A stretch of DNA of 34,485 nucleotides from Gammaproteobacteria bacterium. GTDB lineage: Bacteria > Pseudomonadota > Gammaproteobacteria > Pseudomonadales > Litorivicinaceae. A program made the position numbers and the translations under genes. The stretch spans positions 15,537 through 50,021 of the forward strand of contig PBDH01000019.1 of assembly GCA_002717305.1 (NCBI GenBank), written 5' to 3'. Below, piece after piece: positions 1-12,200 of this stretch (the stretch's first letter is position 1; the number at the start of each line of letters is the position of its first letter). The notes beneath the pieces were generated by a model. That model saw only the letters and a list, made by a program, of their open reading frames with translations, searched no databases and was not told the origin of the DNA.

Positions 1-101
1 GCCATCCACATGACAAATGCACCCATCAAAAGGAAGTAAAAAGTGTCGAGGGCGTAAGCCAACTGGGCTAAATCACCGCTCACTGTAGCTATATCGTTCA
101 C
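1..101 (-). CDS. amtB: Ammonium transporter, N-terminal part (runs off the window start)
   Basis: Minus strand has AGGAGA then GTG at 101, reading MNDIATVSGDLAQLAYALDTFYFLLMGAFVMWMA, which matches the first TM helix of Amt proteins. It lies directly downstream of glnK, the classic glnK-amt pairing. Not in the ORF track. Confidence 0.85.
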   Translation of the reverse strand, partial: MNDIATVSGDLAQLAYALDTFYFLLMGAFVMWM

Positions 102-147
102 AAAAACTCTCCTGCGAAGTTCGTTCTTAAATTAAAAAATAATCGGT

Positions 148-489
<342 letters not shown>

Positions 490-544
490 TTACTCCTTAC
501 TAACGAGATCCCAACGGGAGGAAATACCTCTCTAATAGAATCGT

Positions 545-560
545 TGCAGACACCGTGCCA
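545..560 (-). promoter_or_regulatory. Sigma54 (-24/-12) promoter of glnK-amt
   Basis: Minus strand TGGCAC-GGTGT-CTGCA versus consensus TGGCAC-N5-TTGCW, with correct GG..GC spacing. Predicted +1 near 534. Confidence 0.85.
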
Positions 561-613
561 ATCAATCACTTCGCAGGAGATTGTGGGTTCTAGCGGGTGT
601 TTACCCTCTAAAA

Positions 614-630
614 AGCACCCAAATTGTGCA
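614..630. promoter_or_regulatory. NtrC binding site 1
   Basis: AGCACCCAAATTGTGCA fits GCAC-N7-GTGC, about 88 bp upstream of the predicted glnK TSS. Confidence 0.8.
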
Positions 631-655
631 CACTGCGCACTGTAACGATTTTCGC

Positions 656-672
656 AGCACTAAAATAGTGCG
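656..672. promoter_or_regulatory. NtrC binding site 2
   Basis: AGCACTAAAATAGTGCG fits GCAC-N7-GTGC, 42 bp (4 helical turns) from site 1. A GCAC half-site at 637-640 lies between them. Confidence 0.8.
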
Positions 673-739
673 AACTGTTTGAGATGAAATTTTTTCTAAT
701 CAGACGCATCATTAGCACATCAAAAAAAGGAGCAAGACC

Positions 740-976
740 ATGCTAAATCGAGACGCATTTAATGACATCGCCACAAAAATTTCTGATGCACTACCTGAGC
801 CTGCTCGCAAAATGCAAGCGCAGTTTAAACAACAAGTTGAAGATTTGATCACGCAAGGGCTCAAGGATTTAAACGTTGTCACCCGAGAGGACTATGAAAA
901 ACAAACAGAGAAGCTCTCAAAAGCCGAGGCAAAACTCGCGGAACTTGAAACTCGACTTGCAAACTTAGAGAAATAA
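740..976 (+). CDS. ubiK: Accessory factor UbiK / YqiC (BMFP) family coiled-coil protein
   Basis: 78 aa with an LNVVTREDYE motif (family LDLVTREEF) and a C-terminal coiled coil LAELETRLANLEK. Divergent from glnK as in many gammaproteobacteria; AAAGGAG SD. Confidence 0.8.
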   Translation: MLNRDAFNDIATKISDALPEPARKMQAQFKQQVEDLITQGLKDLNVVTREDYEKQTEKLSKAEAKLAELETRLANLEK

Positions 977-1009
977 TTTCAAAAAATCTTACTGTGATGC
1001 GCTCATAAA

Positions 1010-1029
1010 TACTGTATATAATTACAGTA
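1010..1029. promoter_or_regulatory. LexA (SOS) box overlapping a TATAAT -10 element of dnaE2
   Basis: TACTGTATATAATTACAGTA fits the gammaproteobacterial consensus TACTGT-N8-ACAGTA. It contains TATAAT at 1017-1022 and its last base is the A of the dnaE2 ATG. Confidence 0.92.
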
Positions 1030-4000
1030 TGTTTGCAGAGCTTTGTTGTACATCTAACTTCACCTTCCTAACAGGCGCATCGCATCCAGAGGAATATGTG
1101 ATTCGCGCCCATGCCCTTGGTTACGCTGGTATCGGTCTCACTGACGAAGCATCAGTGTCTGGTGCCGTTCGCGCGCATCTTGCTGCAAAATCAATGAATA
1201 TTCCCCTCGTCCACGGATCTCGACTTCGATTAGATGATCATATTGAAGTAACACTACTAGCTCCAAATCGACTCGGTTGGGGCGAACTCGGACAACTGAT
1301 TTCACTGGCGCGAAGACGTTCTGTAAAGGGAGGATATCAGCTAACACGAAGAGATTTTATTGGGCGAACTGAACATATTCTCTGCCTATGGCATCCAAAT
1401 CCTCAGGCACTGGACTGGACGACGCAACTCGAAAGCCTGTCTTATGCTTTCAGAGGCCGTTTGTGGATTGGGGCACATCTACCAGAATCCGGGCAGCAAG
1501 CCAATTTGGCGGAGCGCATTGACTTGACTGCATTTGAATGGAACCTTCCAGTGGTCGCCACACAACGACCACTGATGCATATTAGGAAACGTCTGAAACT
1601 CCAGCATACGATGACGGCAATTCGGCTTTGTGCACCAATTGTTGAAGTTGCAGACCAATTAGAACGATCCAGCGAGCGTACACTCATGGACTGTCAAAGC
1701 CTCTCGCAACGCTATCCGAAACCCTGGTTACACGAATCACTCAATATTCTGGATCGTTTCAATTTTTCACTGGGTGACTTGCGTTATGAATATCCTCAAG
1801 AAATTTGTCCACCACAATATCCAAATGAGCATAAGTTTTTAGAGAGTCTTGTAACAGACGGATCACAACAACGCTGGCCACAAGGCGTACCAACTGAAAT
1901 TATACAGCTCATAAAGAAAGAGCTGTCACTGATTCAGGAAATGGATTACGCCTGCTATTTTCTGACCGTACACGATATTGTGGCCTATGCACGATCTCAA
2001 GGAATTTTATGTCAGGGAAGAGGATCTGCAGCAAATTCAGTGGTTTGTTACTGCCTATTTATTACCGAGGTTGACCCTAGTCGGGTATCTGTTTTATTCG
2101 AGCGCTTTGTATCAAAAGAACGTAACGAACCACCAGACATCGATGTTGATTTTGAGCACCATCGACGTGACGAAGTCATTCAATATATTTATAAAAAATA
2201 CTCAAAAGAGCGCGCCGCACTAGCTGCAGCAGTCATTACATATAAAAAACGCTCAGCAATCCGAGACGTGGGCAAAGCACTCAATCTACCGCTGGATTTA
2301 ATTGAAGCGCTTGCTGGAAGTCTTGCTTGGTGGGACAAAAAGGAAGCTATGCTTGATCGGTTTGCCGAGCTTGGGATTGACCCACAGGGTCCTCAAATCC
2401 GGTTATTAAGCGAATTAGTTACAGAAATTTTAGGATTCCCAAGACATTTAACTCAACATGTCGGCGGCTTTGTTATTTCTAGAGGTCCCTTATCTGAATT
2501 GTGCCCTGTTGAGAATACAGCTATGCAAGATCGAACGTGCCTGCAGTGGGATAAGAATGATATTGATGCTCTTGGTCTTTTAAAAGTCGATGTTCTTGCT
2601 CTGGGAATGTTAACCGCGATCCGAGGCAGCCTCGAGCTCGCACAGCACTACCAACAATCTTACCGACCATCACAAGGGATATATCATGATCCGCCACTCT
2701 CAATCGCTGACATTCCTCCTGAAGATAGTGAGGTTTATGACATGCTGTGTGAGGGTGACGCAATTGGAGTCTTTCAGGTTGAATCTAGGGCACAACTCGC
2801 AATGCTCCCGAGATTGAAGCCCCGCACTTATTACGACCTTGTTGTCGAAGTTGCTATCGTCCGGCCAGGTCCGATTCAAGGAGATATGGTGCATCCATAT
2901 CTCAGACGCCGCGATGGTACTGAGCCAAAGGAAGAGCAGCCAAAGGAAATCAGTCAAGTGCTGGATCGAACTCTCGGTGTTCCTATTTTTCAGGAGCAGG
3001 TCATTCAATTAGTGATGGTGGCTGCTGGCTTCTCTGCAGGTGAAGCGGATGCATTGAGGCGAGCGATGGCAACCTGGAAAACAGGGCATGGTCTGTCCCA
3101 CTTTCGTGAGAAAATCGTTAACGGAATGCATTTTCGAGGTTATTCGCTCGAATTTGCAGAACGCCTTTGTCATCAGATTGAGGGATTTGGAAAATATGGC
3201 TTCCCAGAATCACATGCGGCAAGCTTCGCCCTACTAGTATATCTTTCAGCCTGGATCAAGTGCCACATGCCTGCTGCGTTCTATTGCGGTCTTTTAAACG
3301 CCCAGCCGATGGGTTTCTATACACCGTCACAACTACTTCAGGACGCACACCGCCACAATATCGAAATTCGTCCGATCGATGTAAACACTTCGGAATGGCT
3401 CTCGACCCTCGAAAATGCAGAGGGTTTTCCATGTATTCGACTAGGGCTTCACCTCATCAAGGGTTTCAAAATTGAGGCGGCTAGAAAACTGATACAGACT
3501 CGAAATCATCCATTTCGGAGCCTGAACGATTTTCGGATTCGAACAGGACTCCCAACACCAGATCTTGAGACTTTAGCAAGTGCTAACGCATTTCGAGCGC
3601 TAACAAACAATCGTTTTGACAGTTTTTGGCAGCTCGGCAATCAAGAATCACAACTCCCGCTATTTCAACAGGTCGCACCGGCGGAGCACAATTTCAAGCC
3701 CAGAGTTCCAGAACTTGGGGAAACCTTAGTTGCGGATTATAGAACCACAGGTTTATCACTCGAAGCACACCCCCTGAGCCTTCTTCGACAGAAATCAGAG
3801 TTCTACACGTGTCGTCGGTCATCAGAACTCAAACGTCTACCAAGGAACCAAAGTCTGCGTGTCTGGGTCGTTGGAATTGTCGCAACACGTCAGCGGCCCG
3901 GATCGGCATCTGGCACGGTATTCATCACCCTCGAAGATGAAGATGGCCAGATCAACTGCGTGATCTGGCCAGCACTAGTAGAAAAATTTCGACATCAAAT

Positions 4001-4136
4001 ACTGGCGAGCCGACTACTCAAAGTACGCGGAAAAGTGCAAGAATCACATGGAGTAATACACATCATCGCCGACACACTAAAAGACGTTAGCCAATGGCTT
4101 GGAGAACTCACACCAAGCTCACGTGATTTTCATTGA
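1029..4136 (+). CDS. dnaE2: Error-prone DNA polymerase DnaE2 (ImuC)
   Basis: 1035 aa. N-terminal FAELCCTSNFTFLTGASHPEE PHP start, GRGSAANS, catalytic PPDIDVDF, LLKVDVLALG, GFPESHAASF, OB fold RQRPGSASG, and the diagnostic C-terminal SRDFH. Confidence 0.96.
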   Translation: MFAELCCTSNFTFLTGASHPEEYVIRAHALGYAGIGLTDEASVSGAVRAHLAAKSMNIPLVHGSRLRLDDHIEVTLLAPNRLGWGELGQLISLARRRSVKGGYQLTRRDFIGRTEHILCLWHPNPQALDWTTQLESLSYAFRGRLWIGAHLPESGQQANLAERIDLTAFEWNLPVVATQRPLMHIRKRLKLQHTMTAIRLCAPIVEVADQLERSSERTLMDCQSLSQRYPKPWLHESLNILDRFNFSLGDLRYEYPQEICPPQYPNEHKFLESLVTDGSQQRWPQGVPTEIIQLIKKELSLIQEMDYACYFLTVHDIVAYARSQGILCQGRGSAANSVVCYCLFITEVDPSRVSVLFERFVSKERNEPPDIDVDFEHHRRDEVIQYIYKKYSKERAALAAAVITYKKRSAIRDVGKALNLPLDLIEALAGSLAWWDKKEAMLDRFAELGIDPQGPQIRLLSELVTEILGFPRHLTQHVGGFVISRGPLSELCPVENTAMQDRTCLQWDKNDIDALGLLKVDVLALGMLTAIRGSLELAQHYQQSYRPSQGIYHDPPLSIADIPPEDSEVYDMLCEGDAIGVFQVESRAQLAMLPRLKPRTYYDLVVEVAIVRPGPIQGDMVHPYLRRRDGTEPKEEQPKEISQVLDRTLGVPIFQEQVIQLVMVAAGFSAGEADALRRAMATWKTGHGLSHFREKIVNGMHFRGYSLEFAERLCHQIEGFGKYGFPESHAASFALLVYLSAWIKCHMPAAFYCGLLNAQPMGFYTPSQLLQDAHRHNIEIRPIDVNTSEWLSTLENAEGFPCIRLGLHLIKGFKIEAARKLIQTRNHPFRSLNDFRIRTGLPTPDLETLASANAFRALTNNRFDSFWQLGNQESQLPLFQQVAPAEHNFKPRVPELGETLVADYRTTGLSLEAHPLSLLRQKSEFYTCRRSSELKRLPRNQSLRVWVVGIVATRQRPGSASGTVFITLEDEDGQINCVIWPALVEKFRHQILASRLLKVRGKVQESHGVIHIIADTLKDVSQWLGELTPSSRDFH

Positions 4137-5422
4137 GCCAGAGCCTGATCAATCCGAACGATTGCGGACTCAGATAAGTCACCAACCGCCCGATCCAACT
4201 GCAACTGACGAACCACGTGGTTATGGCGTGCCTTTGCGAAATCCCGTTCGGCAGCGAACAGATCCTTCTTCGAATTAAGCAACTCAACAATATCGCCTGA
4301 ACCAACTGCATATGCTGCTTCAGTGGCTTCCACACGACTCGCCGCAGAGACGATGGCTAGCTGTCGAGCTTCCACAGTACGTGCACTGGCTTCCAAATTA
4401 CGATACGTTTCCCGCATGTTTGCCAATACTTTACGACGCACTCTTAACAAGTCAGCTTCTGCTTTAACGACACCAGCCTCCGCAACATCAACCTTTGCCG
4501 GGGCGACACCGTTAGTGTAGATCGGAGCGGATAGTGTCAGACTAAGAGCGTTACTGCGGGCACTCGTATTCGTTGCCGGTATGCTGCTGCCCGAGGTATC
4601 CGAAATAGAAAAGGTTGAGGATAATGCAAGTGTTGGGGTTGTCTCAGCGCGTACTTCGTCTAGATCAGCCAGAGCACTCTGATAGGCCTCTCTTTCAGCA
4701 ATAACATCAGGATGGCTATCTACCAACGTCTCCCAATTACCATCCAGTGGTCTGTGTAGACCTGCTGTGAAACTGGCCTCCAGACCCGAGAGACCAAGAA
4801 TTGGTGCATCAACCAATTTCTCGAGGTCTGATCGGGAGGTGTCCAAAGCAACCTCCGCGCTGATAAGTCCCACCTTCGATAAATCAAGCCGTGCCCGCGC
4901 CTGATCCACGTCCACCCGCGTCCCAATACCGACAATTAAACGTTCAGAGGCCTGTTCCAACTGACGCTCGAACGCCTCGACCTCGGCCCTAGATGCCAAC
5001 AGATCCTGTTCGGACGAGAGCACCGCGAAGTACGCGTTAGTAACCGATAGAATGTGCGACTGTCGATAAGCGACTAGGATTGCATCCGCCTGCCGAACTT
5101 CTGCATCTTGACTATCGATCGACGAACTTAATCCCCGGTCGTAAAGCGGGACGCTTAGCGACAGTGACAATGTGCCCGTTCCGTAATGATCGTCGCTTTT
5201 GAAATTCTGAGTTCCTTTTACTGACGCGCTTGCACTCACACTCAGGCCTTGTGCGCCCCGGATCTGATTTCCTAATGCTTCTGACGCATCACGCGCCGCA
5301 ATTTGAGCGCGTAATGAAGGATCGTTTGCAACAGCTAACTGATAGATGTCGGACAATCCTTTTGCCTCGGCCATGGCGTTACCTGCCAGCACAAGACCCA
5401 ACGCTATGTTCAAGATGCGCAT
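4130..5422 (-). CDS. tolC: TolC-family outer membrane channel protein
   Basis: Probable start is ATG 5422 (GAGGT SD overlapping the hemE stop) with signal peptide MRILNIALGLVLAGNAMA. LSDIYQLAVANDP, VGIGTRVDV and YAVGSGDIVELL are typical of OEP repeats. Confidence 0.85.
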   Translation of the reverse strand: MRILNIALGLVLAGNAMAEAKGLSDIYQLAVANDPSLRAQIAARDASEALGNQIRGAQGLSVSASASVKGTQNFKSDDHYGTGTLSLSLSVPLYDRGLSSSIDSQDAEVRQADAILVAYRQSHILSVTNAYFAVLSSEQDLLASRAEVEAFERQLEQASERLIVGIGTRVDVDQARARLDLSKVGLISAEVALDTSRSDLEKLVDAPILGLSGLEASFTAGLHRPLDGNWETLVDSHPDVIAEREAYQSALADLDEVRAETTPTLALSSTFSISDTSGSSIPATNTSARSNALSLTLSAPIYTNGVAPAKVDVAEAGVVKAEADLLRVRRKVLANMRETYRNLEASARTVEARQLAIVSAASRVEATEAAYAVGSGDIVELLNSKKDLFAAERDFAKARHNHVVRQLQLDRAVGDLSESAIVRIDQALAQ

Positions 5423-5432
5423 GATGGTGACC

Positions 5433-6509
5433 TCAATGTGAGCCGGAGTGGATCTCGCGGCTAATTCTCTGCACAGCATCAATCATAGTGCCAGGACGCT
5501 GAGGATCAACGTGCTGATTGATACCATGGCCCAAATTAAAGATATGGCCTGAATGCGGTCCAAAACTTTTTAGCAGTCGCTCAACCTCTGATATCACCAA
5601 ATCATCGGATCCAAACAACACCGACGGGTCGAGATTACCCTGCAGTGCAACCTGACCACCAACACGCGCTCTGCATTGACCAAGATCAACAGTCCAATCA
5701 AGCCCCAAAGCATCACAGCCTGTCGCAGCCATTCGTTCCAACCATGCACCACCACCCTTAGTGAACAAAATCACTGGCACTTGACGACCCTCTGATTCCC
5801 GAACCAGTTCCCTCACAATTTTTTCCATGTATGCCAGCGAAAATTCTCGGTATGCGGGTTCAGTTAATACCCCGCCCCAAGTATCGAAAATCTGCACTAC
5901 CTGCGCTCCTGCAGCGATTTGGGCATTAAGATAATCAGCTACAGCAGTCGATAGCTTATCCAGAAGAGCGTGAAGCGCTCCAGGATCAGAATACATCAAC
6001 CCTTTTGCGTAGCGATATTCTTTCGAGCCACTACCCTCGGTCATGTAAGTTGCCAAGGTCCACGGACTACCCGAAAAGCCGATCAACGGTACACGTCCGC
6101 CCAACTCCCGACGAATGGTTTTGACCGCATTCATGACATAATCCAATGCATCGGCCATCGACGGAACAGGCAGTGCATCAATATCTGCTCGCGTTCTAAC
6201 GGGCCTCTCGAAACGAGGGCCTTCGCCCACCTCAAAATACAAACCGCAACCCATGGCATCCGGAATTGTCAAAATATCTGAGAAAAGAATTGCTGCATCG
6301 AGTGCGAAGCGGTCAAGCGGTTGGACAGTCACCTCACAGGCGAGCTCTGCATTTTTACAGAGGGACAAGAAATCCCCGGCAACTTTGCGCGTTGCCCGAT
6401 ACTCTGGCAAATATCGCCCCGCCTGACGCATCATCCAAACGGGCGTTTGGTCAACAGGCTGCCGGTATAATGCTTTTAAAAAACGATCATTTTTTAACGC
6501 TGGTGTCAT
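5433..6509 (-). CDS. hemE: Uroporphyrinogen decarboxylase
   Basis: [36 protein letters not shown] and HIFNLGHGI signatures. Confidence 0.98.
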   Translation of the reverse strand: MTPALKNDRFLKALYRQPVDQTPVWMMRQAGRYLPEYRATRKVAGDFLSLCKNAELACEVTVQPLDRFALDAAILFSDILTIPDAMGCGLYFEVGEGPRFERPVRTRADIDALPVPSMADALDYVMNAVKTIRRELGGRVPLIGFSGSPWTLATYMTEGSGSKEYRYAKGLMYSDPGALHALLDKLSTAVADYLNAQIAAGAQVVQIFDTWGGVLTEPAYREFSLAYMEKIVRELVRESEGRQVPVILFTKGGGAWLERMAATGCDALGLDWTVDLGQCRARVGGQVALQGNLDPSVLFGSDDLVISEVERLLKSFGPHSGHIFNLGHGINQHVDPQRPGTMIDAVQRISREIHSGSH

Positions 6510-7777
6510 ACCGATGAAAGAGCCTGACCGAGATCTGCGAGAATATCATCGATGTGCTCAATGCCAAGACACAAACGGATCATTTCTGGCCTCACTCCGA
6601 CGGAAATTTGCTCCGTATCAGACAGTTGGCGGTGAGTAGTTGATGCAGGATGACATGCCAGCGATCTTGCGTCGCCAATATTAACCAGTCGCTTGAACAA
6701 ACCAAGTGAATCATAGAATTTAACCCCTGCGTCAAAGCCTCCTATGATCCCGAAGGTCAGTAATGAAGACGGTGTCCCACGTAGTTGTGATTTAGCCAGC
6801 CCATGGTGCGGATGCTCTGGAAGACCCGCATAACTTACCCACTCCACCTTAGAGTGCGATTTGAGATACTCTGCGACTTTCTGTGCATTCTCACAATGAC
6901 GCTCCATTCGAAGGCTTAAAGTCTCAATACCCTGAAGTAATAGAAACGCATTCATCGGAGCGAGTGCTGCACCTGTATTTCGAAGTGGAACAGTTCTAGC
7001 GCGCGCGATAAAGGCTGCCGGACCAAACGCATCTGAGTAAACGACATCGTGGTAGGCTGGTTCCGGGGCCGTCATGCCAGGAAATTTTTCCGCCTGGGCA
7101 GTCCAGTCAAAGTTTCCACCATCAACGATAACGCCGCCCAGTGAATTTCCGTGACCACCCATAAACTTAGTGAGCGCATGTACGACAATATTGGCGCCCA
7201 ATTCGATTGGTTTACATAGCACAGGAGTCGCCACAGTATTGTCGACAACCAATGGCAACCCGTTACGTGCGGCCATAGATGCCATCGCCTGGAGATCAAC
7301 AATGTTACCTGCCGGATTACCAATCGTCTCGCAATAGATTGCGCGTGTATGTTCATCGACCAGCTTTTCTAAATCTTCGGGGTGATCTGTTTCAGCGAAA
7401 CGTACCTCAACACCTTGGCTCGGCAACATATGTGCAAACAGGGTATAAGTGCCACCGTATAGCTGTGGAGTCGTTACAATATTGTGACCCTGACTAGCTA
7501 AAGTCTGAAGTGCATAAGTGACTGCGGCCATCCCGGAGGATACGGCAAGAGCAGCAATACCGCCTTCTAACGCAGCGACACGCTGCTCAAGTACGTCACA
7601 AGTTGGATTCATGATCCGTGTGTAAATGTTTCCCGGAACCTCAAGATTGAACAATGCCGCACCATGGGCTGCATCATCGAACTCAAAGGCGACGTTTTGG
7701 CAAATCGGTGGAACGACCGCCTTGGTTGTTGGATCAGTCTGATATCCCGCGTGGATTGCCAGTGTTTCGTCGCGCAT
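6506..7777 (-). CDS. metY: O-acetylhomoserine/O-acetylserine sulfhydrylase (MetY/Met17 family, PLP)
   Basis: [25 protein letters not shown]-lysine motif [19 protein letters not shown] and HPASTTH. ATG 7777 is better spaced from GAGG than GTG 7786. Confidence 0.9.
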   Translation of the reverse strand: MRDETLAIHAGYQTDPTTKAVVPPICQNVAFEFDDAAHGAALFNLEVPGNIYTRIMNPTCDVLEQRVAALEGGIAALAVSSGMAAVTYALQTLASQGHNIVTTPQLYGGTYTLFAHMLPSQGVEVRFAETDHPEDLEKLVDEHTRAIYCETIGNPAGNIVDLQAMASMAARNGLPLVVDNTVATPVLCKPIELGANIVVHALTKFMGGHGNSLGGVIVDGGNFDWTAQAEKFPGMTAPEPAYHDVVYSDAFGPAAFIARARTVPLRNTGAALAPMNAFLLLQGIETLSLRMERHCENAQKVAEYLKSHSKVEWVSYAGLPEHPHHGLAKSQLRGTPSSLLTFGIIGGFDAGVKFYDSLGLFKRLVNIGDARSLACHPASTTHRQLSDTEQISVGVRPEMIRLCLGIEHIDDILADLGQALSSV

Positions 7778-7852
7778 TCTCGTCACCCTCTAGTTTGTTG
7801 TATTTCTAAAACCATTCTGTTTAAGCACGATTCCGCCGGAAATCCAATATTT

Positions 7853-9298
<1,446 letters not shown>

Positions 9299-12200
9299 CT
9301 ATTGCGCACCTGATCTCGATGATGCCAGTAAATCACCTAAACTTGCGGCCTTTGGCTTGACAAGCCAAAACTGGCTGACGAATGACTCGAAATCAGCAAG
9401 GATGGTTTGACCCCACTCACTTTTTGTCTCTTCTATGTAGTCATGAATCTGAGACCGCAAGTGTGCACGATATTGCTCCATCTGCTCAGTACTGATACGC
9501 GTGATTTCGACCAGTTCATGGTTATAACGATCAACAAATGTCCTCGATTCATCTAGAACAAAAGCGAAGCCTCCGGTCATACCAGCGCCAAAGTTACGGC
9601 CAGTACTTCCAAGAACGATCACCAAGCCACCAGTCATATACTCGCAGCAATGATCACCTGCGCCTTCAACAATAGCTGTGGCACCTGAGTTACGAACCGC
9701 AAACCGCTCGCCTGCGCGACCTGCAGCATACAACGTTCCACCAGTTGCACCATACAGACATGTATTACCCATGATTGACGTTTCTTGCGTTGCGAACTTT
9801 GATCCTGCTGGAGGCGCGATCACCAGTCGACCACCAGCCATTCCCTTGCCAACATAATCATTCGCATCACCACGCAGACTCATTTCAAGTCCAGGCGCAT
9901 TGAACACGCCAAAGCTCTGGCCCGCTGTACCGTATAAATTCACACGCACTGGATTCGCCATTCCTTCTCGACCATGAGCCAATGAAATTTCACCAGACAA
10001 GGTCGCACCAACTGAACGATCTTGGTTCGTGACCGTGAACTCGAACTCACCACCAGTTTCAGAGGCAACTGCATCACGCGTGGCTGTAACAATCGCCTGG
10101 TTCAATGGTGCATCATCATATGGCGGGTTTTTATCGACTGCACACAGTTGTGGTTTCCCTTCGTGTTCTGGCCCCTGATAAAGAACAGACGAGAAATCCA
10201 GTTTCGCCTGGCGTTGCGATCGACCGCCAACCTGTGTAAGCAGATCAGTTCTACCAACGAGCTCAGCCAAGGTCTTCACACCTAGTTCTGCCATCAGCTC
10301 TCGCGTCTCTTCAGCCACAAAGTTGAAGAAATGCTTGATCATTTCAACCGTTCCACGGAAATGTTGCTCTCGAAGCAATTCGTTTTGCGTCGCAACACCA
10401 GTTGCGCAATTATTCAAGTGACAGATACGCAGATACTTACATCCCATCGCAACCATGGGTGCCGTGCCAAAGCCAAAACTCTCAGCACCTAGAATTGCGG
10501 CCTTAACGACATCAACGCCTGTCTTTAATCCACCGTCTGTTTGCAAGCGTACTTTGTCACGCAAATCGTTCGCGCGAAGGGCTTGATGCGCTTCCGAGAG
10601 ACCAAGCTCCCACGGTGAGCCCGCGTACTTGATCGATGTCAGTGGGCTTGCAGCAGTACCACCATCATAGCCCGAAATGGTGATCAAATCTGCATAGGCC
10701 TTAGCGACACCAGCTGCAATAGTCCCGACTCCAGGCTCGCTTACTAACTTGACCGAGACTAATGCCTTCGGATTGACCTGTTTGAGGTCAAAAATCAACT
10801 GCGCTAAATCTTCAATCGAATAAATATCGTGATGCGGCGGCGGTGAGATCAAAGTCACGCCAGGCACCGAATAACGGAGTCTGGCGATCAACGCATTTAC
10901 TTTACCGCCGGGCAGCTGGCCGCCTTCACCGGGCTTCGCACCTTGGGCGACCTTAATTTGCAATACTTCAGCATTAACTAAGTAATGCGGAGTCACCCCA
11001 AAACGGCCAGATGCGATCTGTTTGATCTTCGAAACCCGACTGGTACCAAAACGCTCCGAATCCTCACCGCCTTCACCAGAATTTGAGCGTGCACCCAATT
11101 CGTTCATCGCTTGGGCTAGCGCTTCGTGCGCTTCTGGACTTAATGCTCCCAATGACATACCTGCGGAGTCAAATCGCTTCAGAATCGATTCAACGGGCTC
11201 GACCATATCGACCATGATTGCCCGACTGGCATCCTGATTAAACGTAAGCAAATCACGCAACGTAGCGACTGGGCGCTCATTCACGAGTTTCGCGTATTTT
11301 TGGTAAGTTGAGTAAGAGCCCGTCTGCACAGCTTGTTGTAGCGTTTGAATAACATCTGGGTTGTAAGCGTGGTACTCCCCGCCATGCATGTATCTTAAGA
11401 AACCGCCTTGAGGAACGGGCTTACGCATCGACCAAGCGAGGGACTGCCGCACCTTTTGATCATTTTCAAAGTCTGAGAAATCGGCCCCGGCGATTCGGCT
11501 TTGTACCCCTTTGAAACAAAGGTCAACGATGGCGTTCGACAATCCGACAGCTTCAAATAACTGAGCTCCGCGATAACTCGCAATAGTCGAAATACCCATC
11601 TTCGATAAAATCTTCAATAACCCCTTATTGATACCTTTACGGTAGTTACGATGTAACTCGAGCGGATCACCAATAATTTCATCTGATTCAACCAACTCAT
11701 TGATCACGCGATAAGACAAATACGGGTAAACAGCGGTCGCACCAAATCCGAGAAGAACCGCAAAATGGTGAGAGTCGCGCGCTTCAGCAGTGTCAACTAT
11801 GATGTTCGCGCAACACCGCAAGCCCTCTTCAATAAGTCGGTGGTGAACTGCGCCCGTGGCCATCGTTGCAGACACGACCCACTGGTTCTCAGTCACGTGG
11901 CGGTCTGACAGGATCAGCAACGTCTTCCCAGACCGCACCGCATCTACAGATTGCTGACAAACGGATTCAATCGTAGCCTTGAGCCCGAGCGATGACTCGA
12001 ATGCCAGCTCAATTTGAATACGACCATATTTCGGATGATCAAAGCCTTTCAGGCGATCCATCTTCGGCGCCGACAAGATTGGTGAATGCAGAATTACACG
12101 TTCAGCATGATCAGCAGTCTCCTCGAACGGATTTAGCTCCATACCAAGACAGGTCTCCAAACTCATCACAATCGATTCACGTAATGGATCAATTGGTGGA

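Noticed and set aside
5423-5482. Long N-terminal extensions in the ORF track (tolC, gltB, rpmE, hisI, pip, ubiB)
   Set aside because: Artefacts of longest-ORF calling. Downstream ATGs fit SD positions and family N-termini better.
7787-7852. SAM-II/SAM-V riboswitch upstream of metY
   Set aside because: Only a tiny hairpin (TCC-GGC-GGA) is present, and I could not match the pseudoknot or conserved nucleotides. An Rfam scan would settle it.
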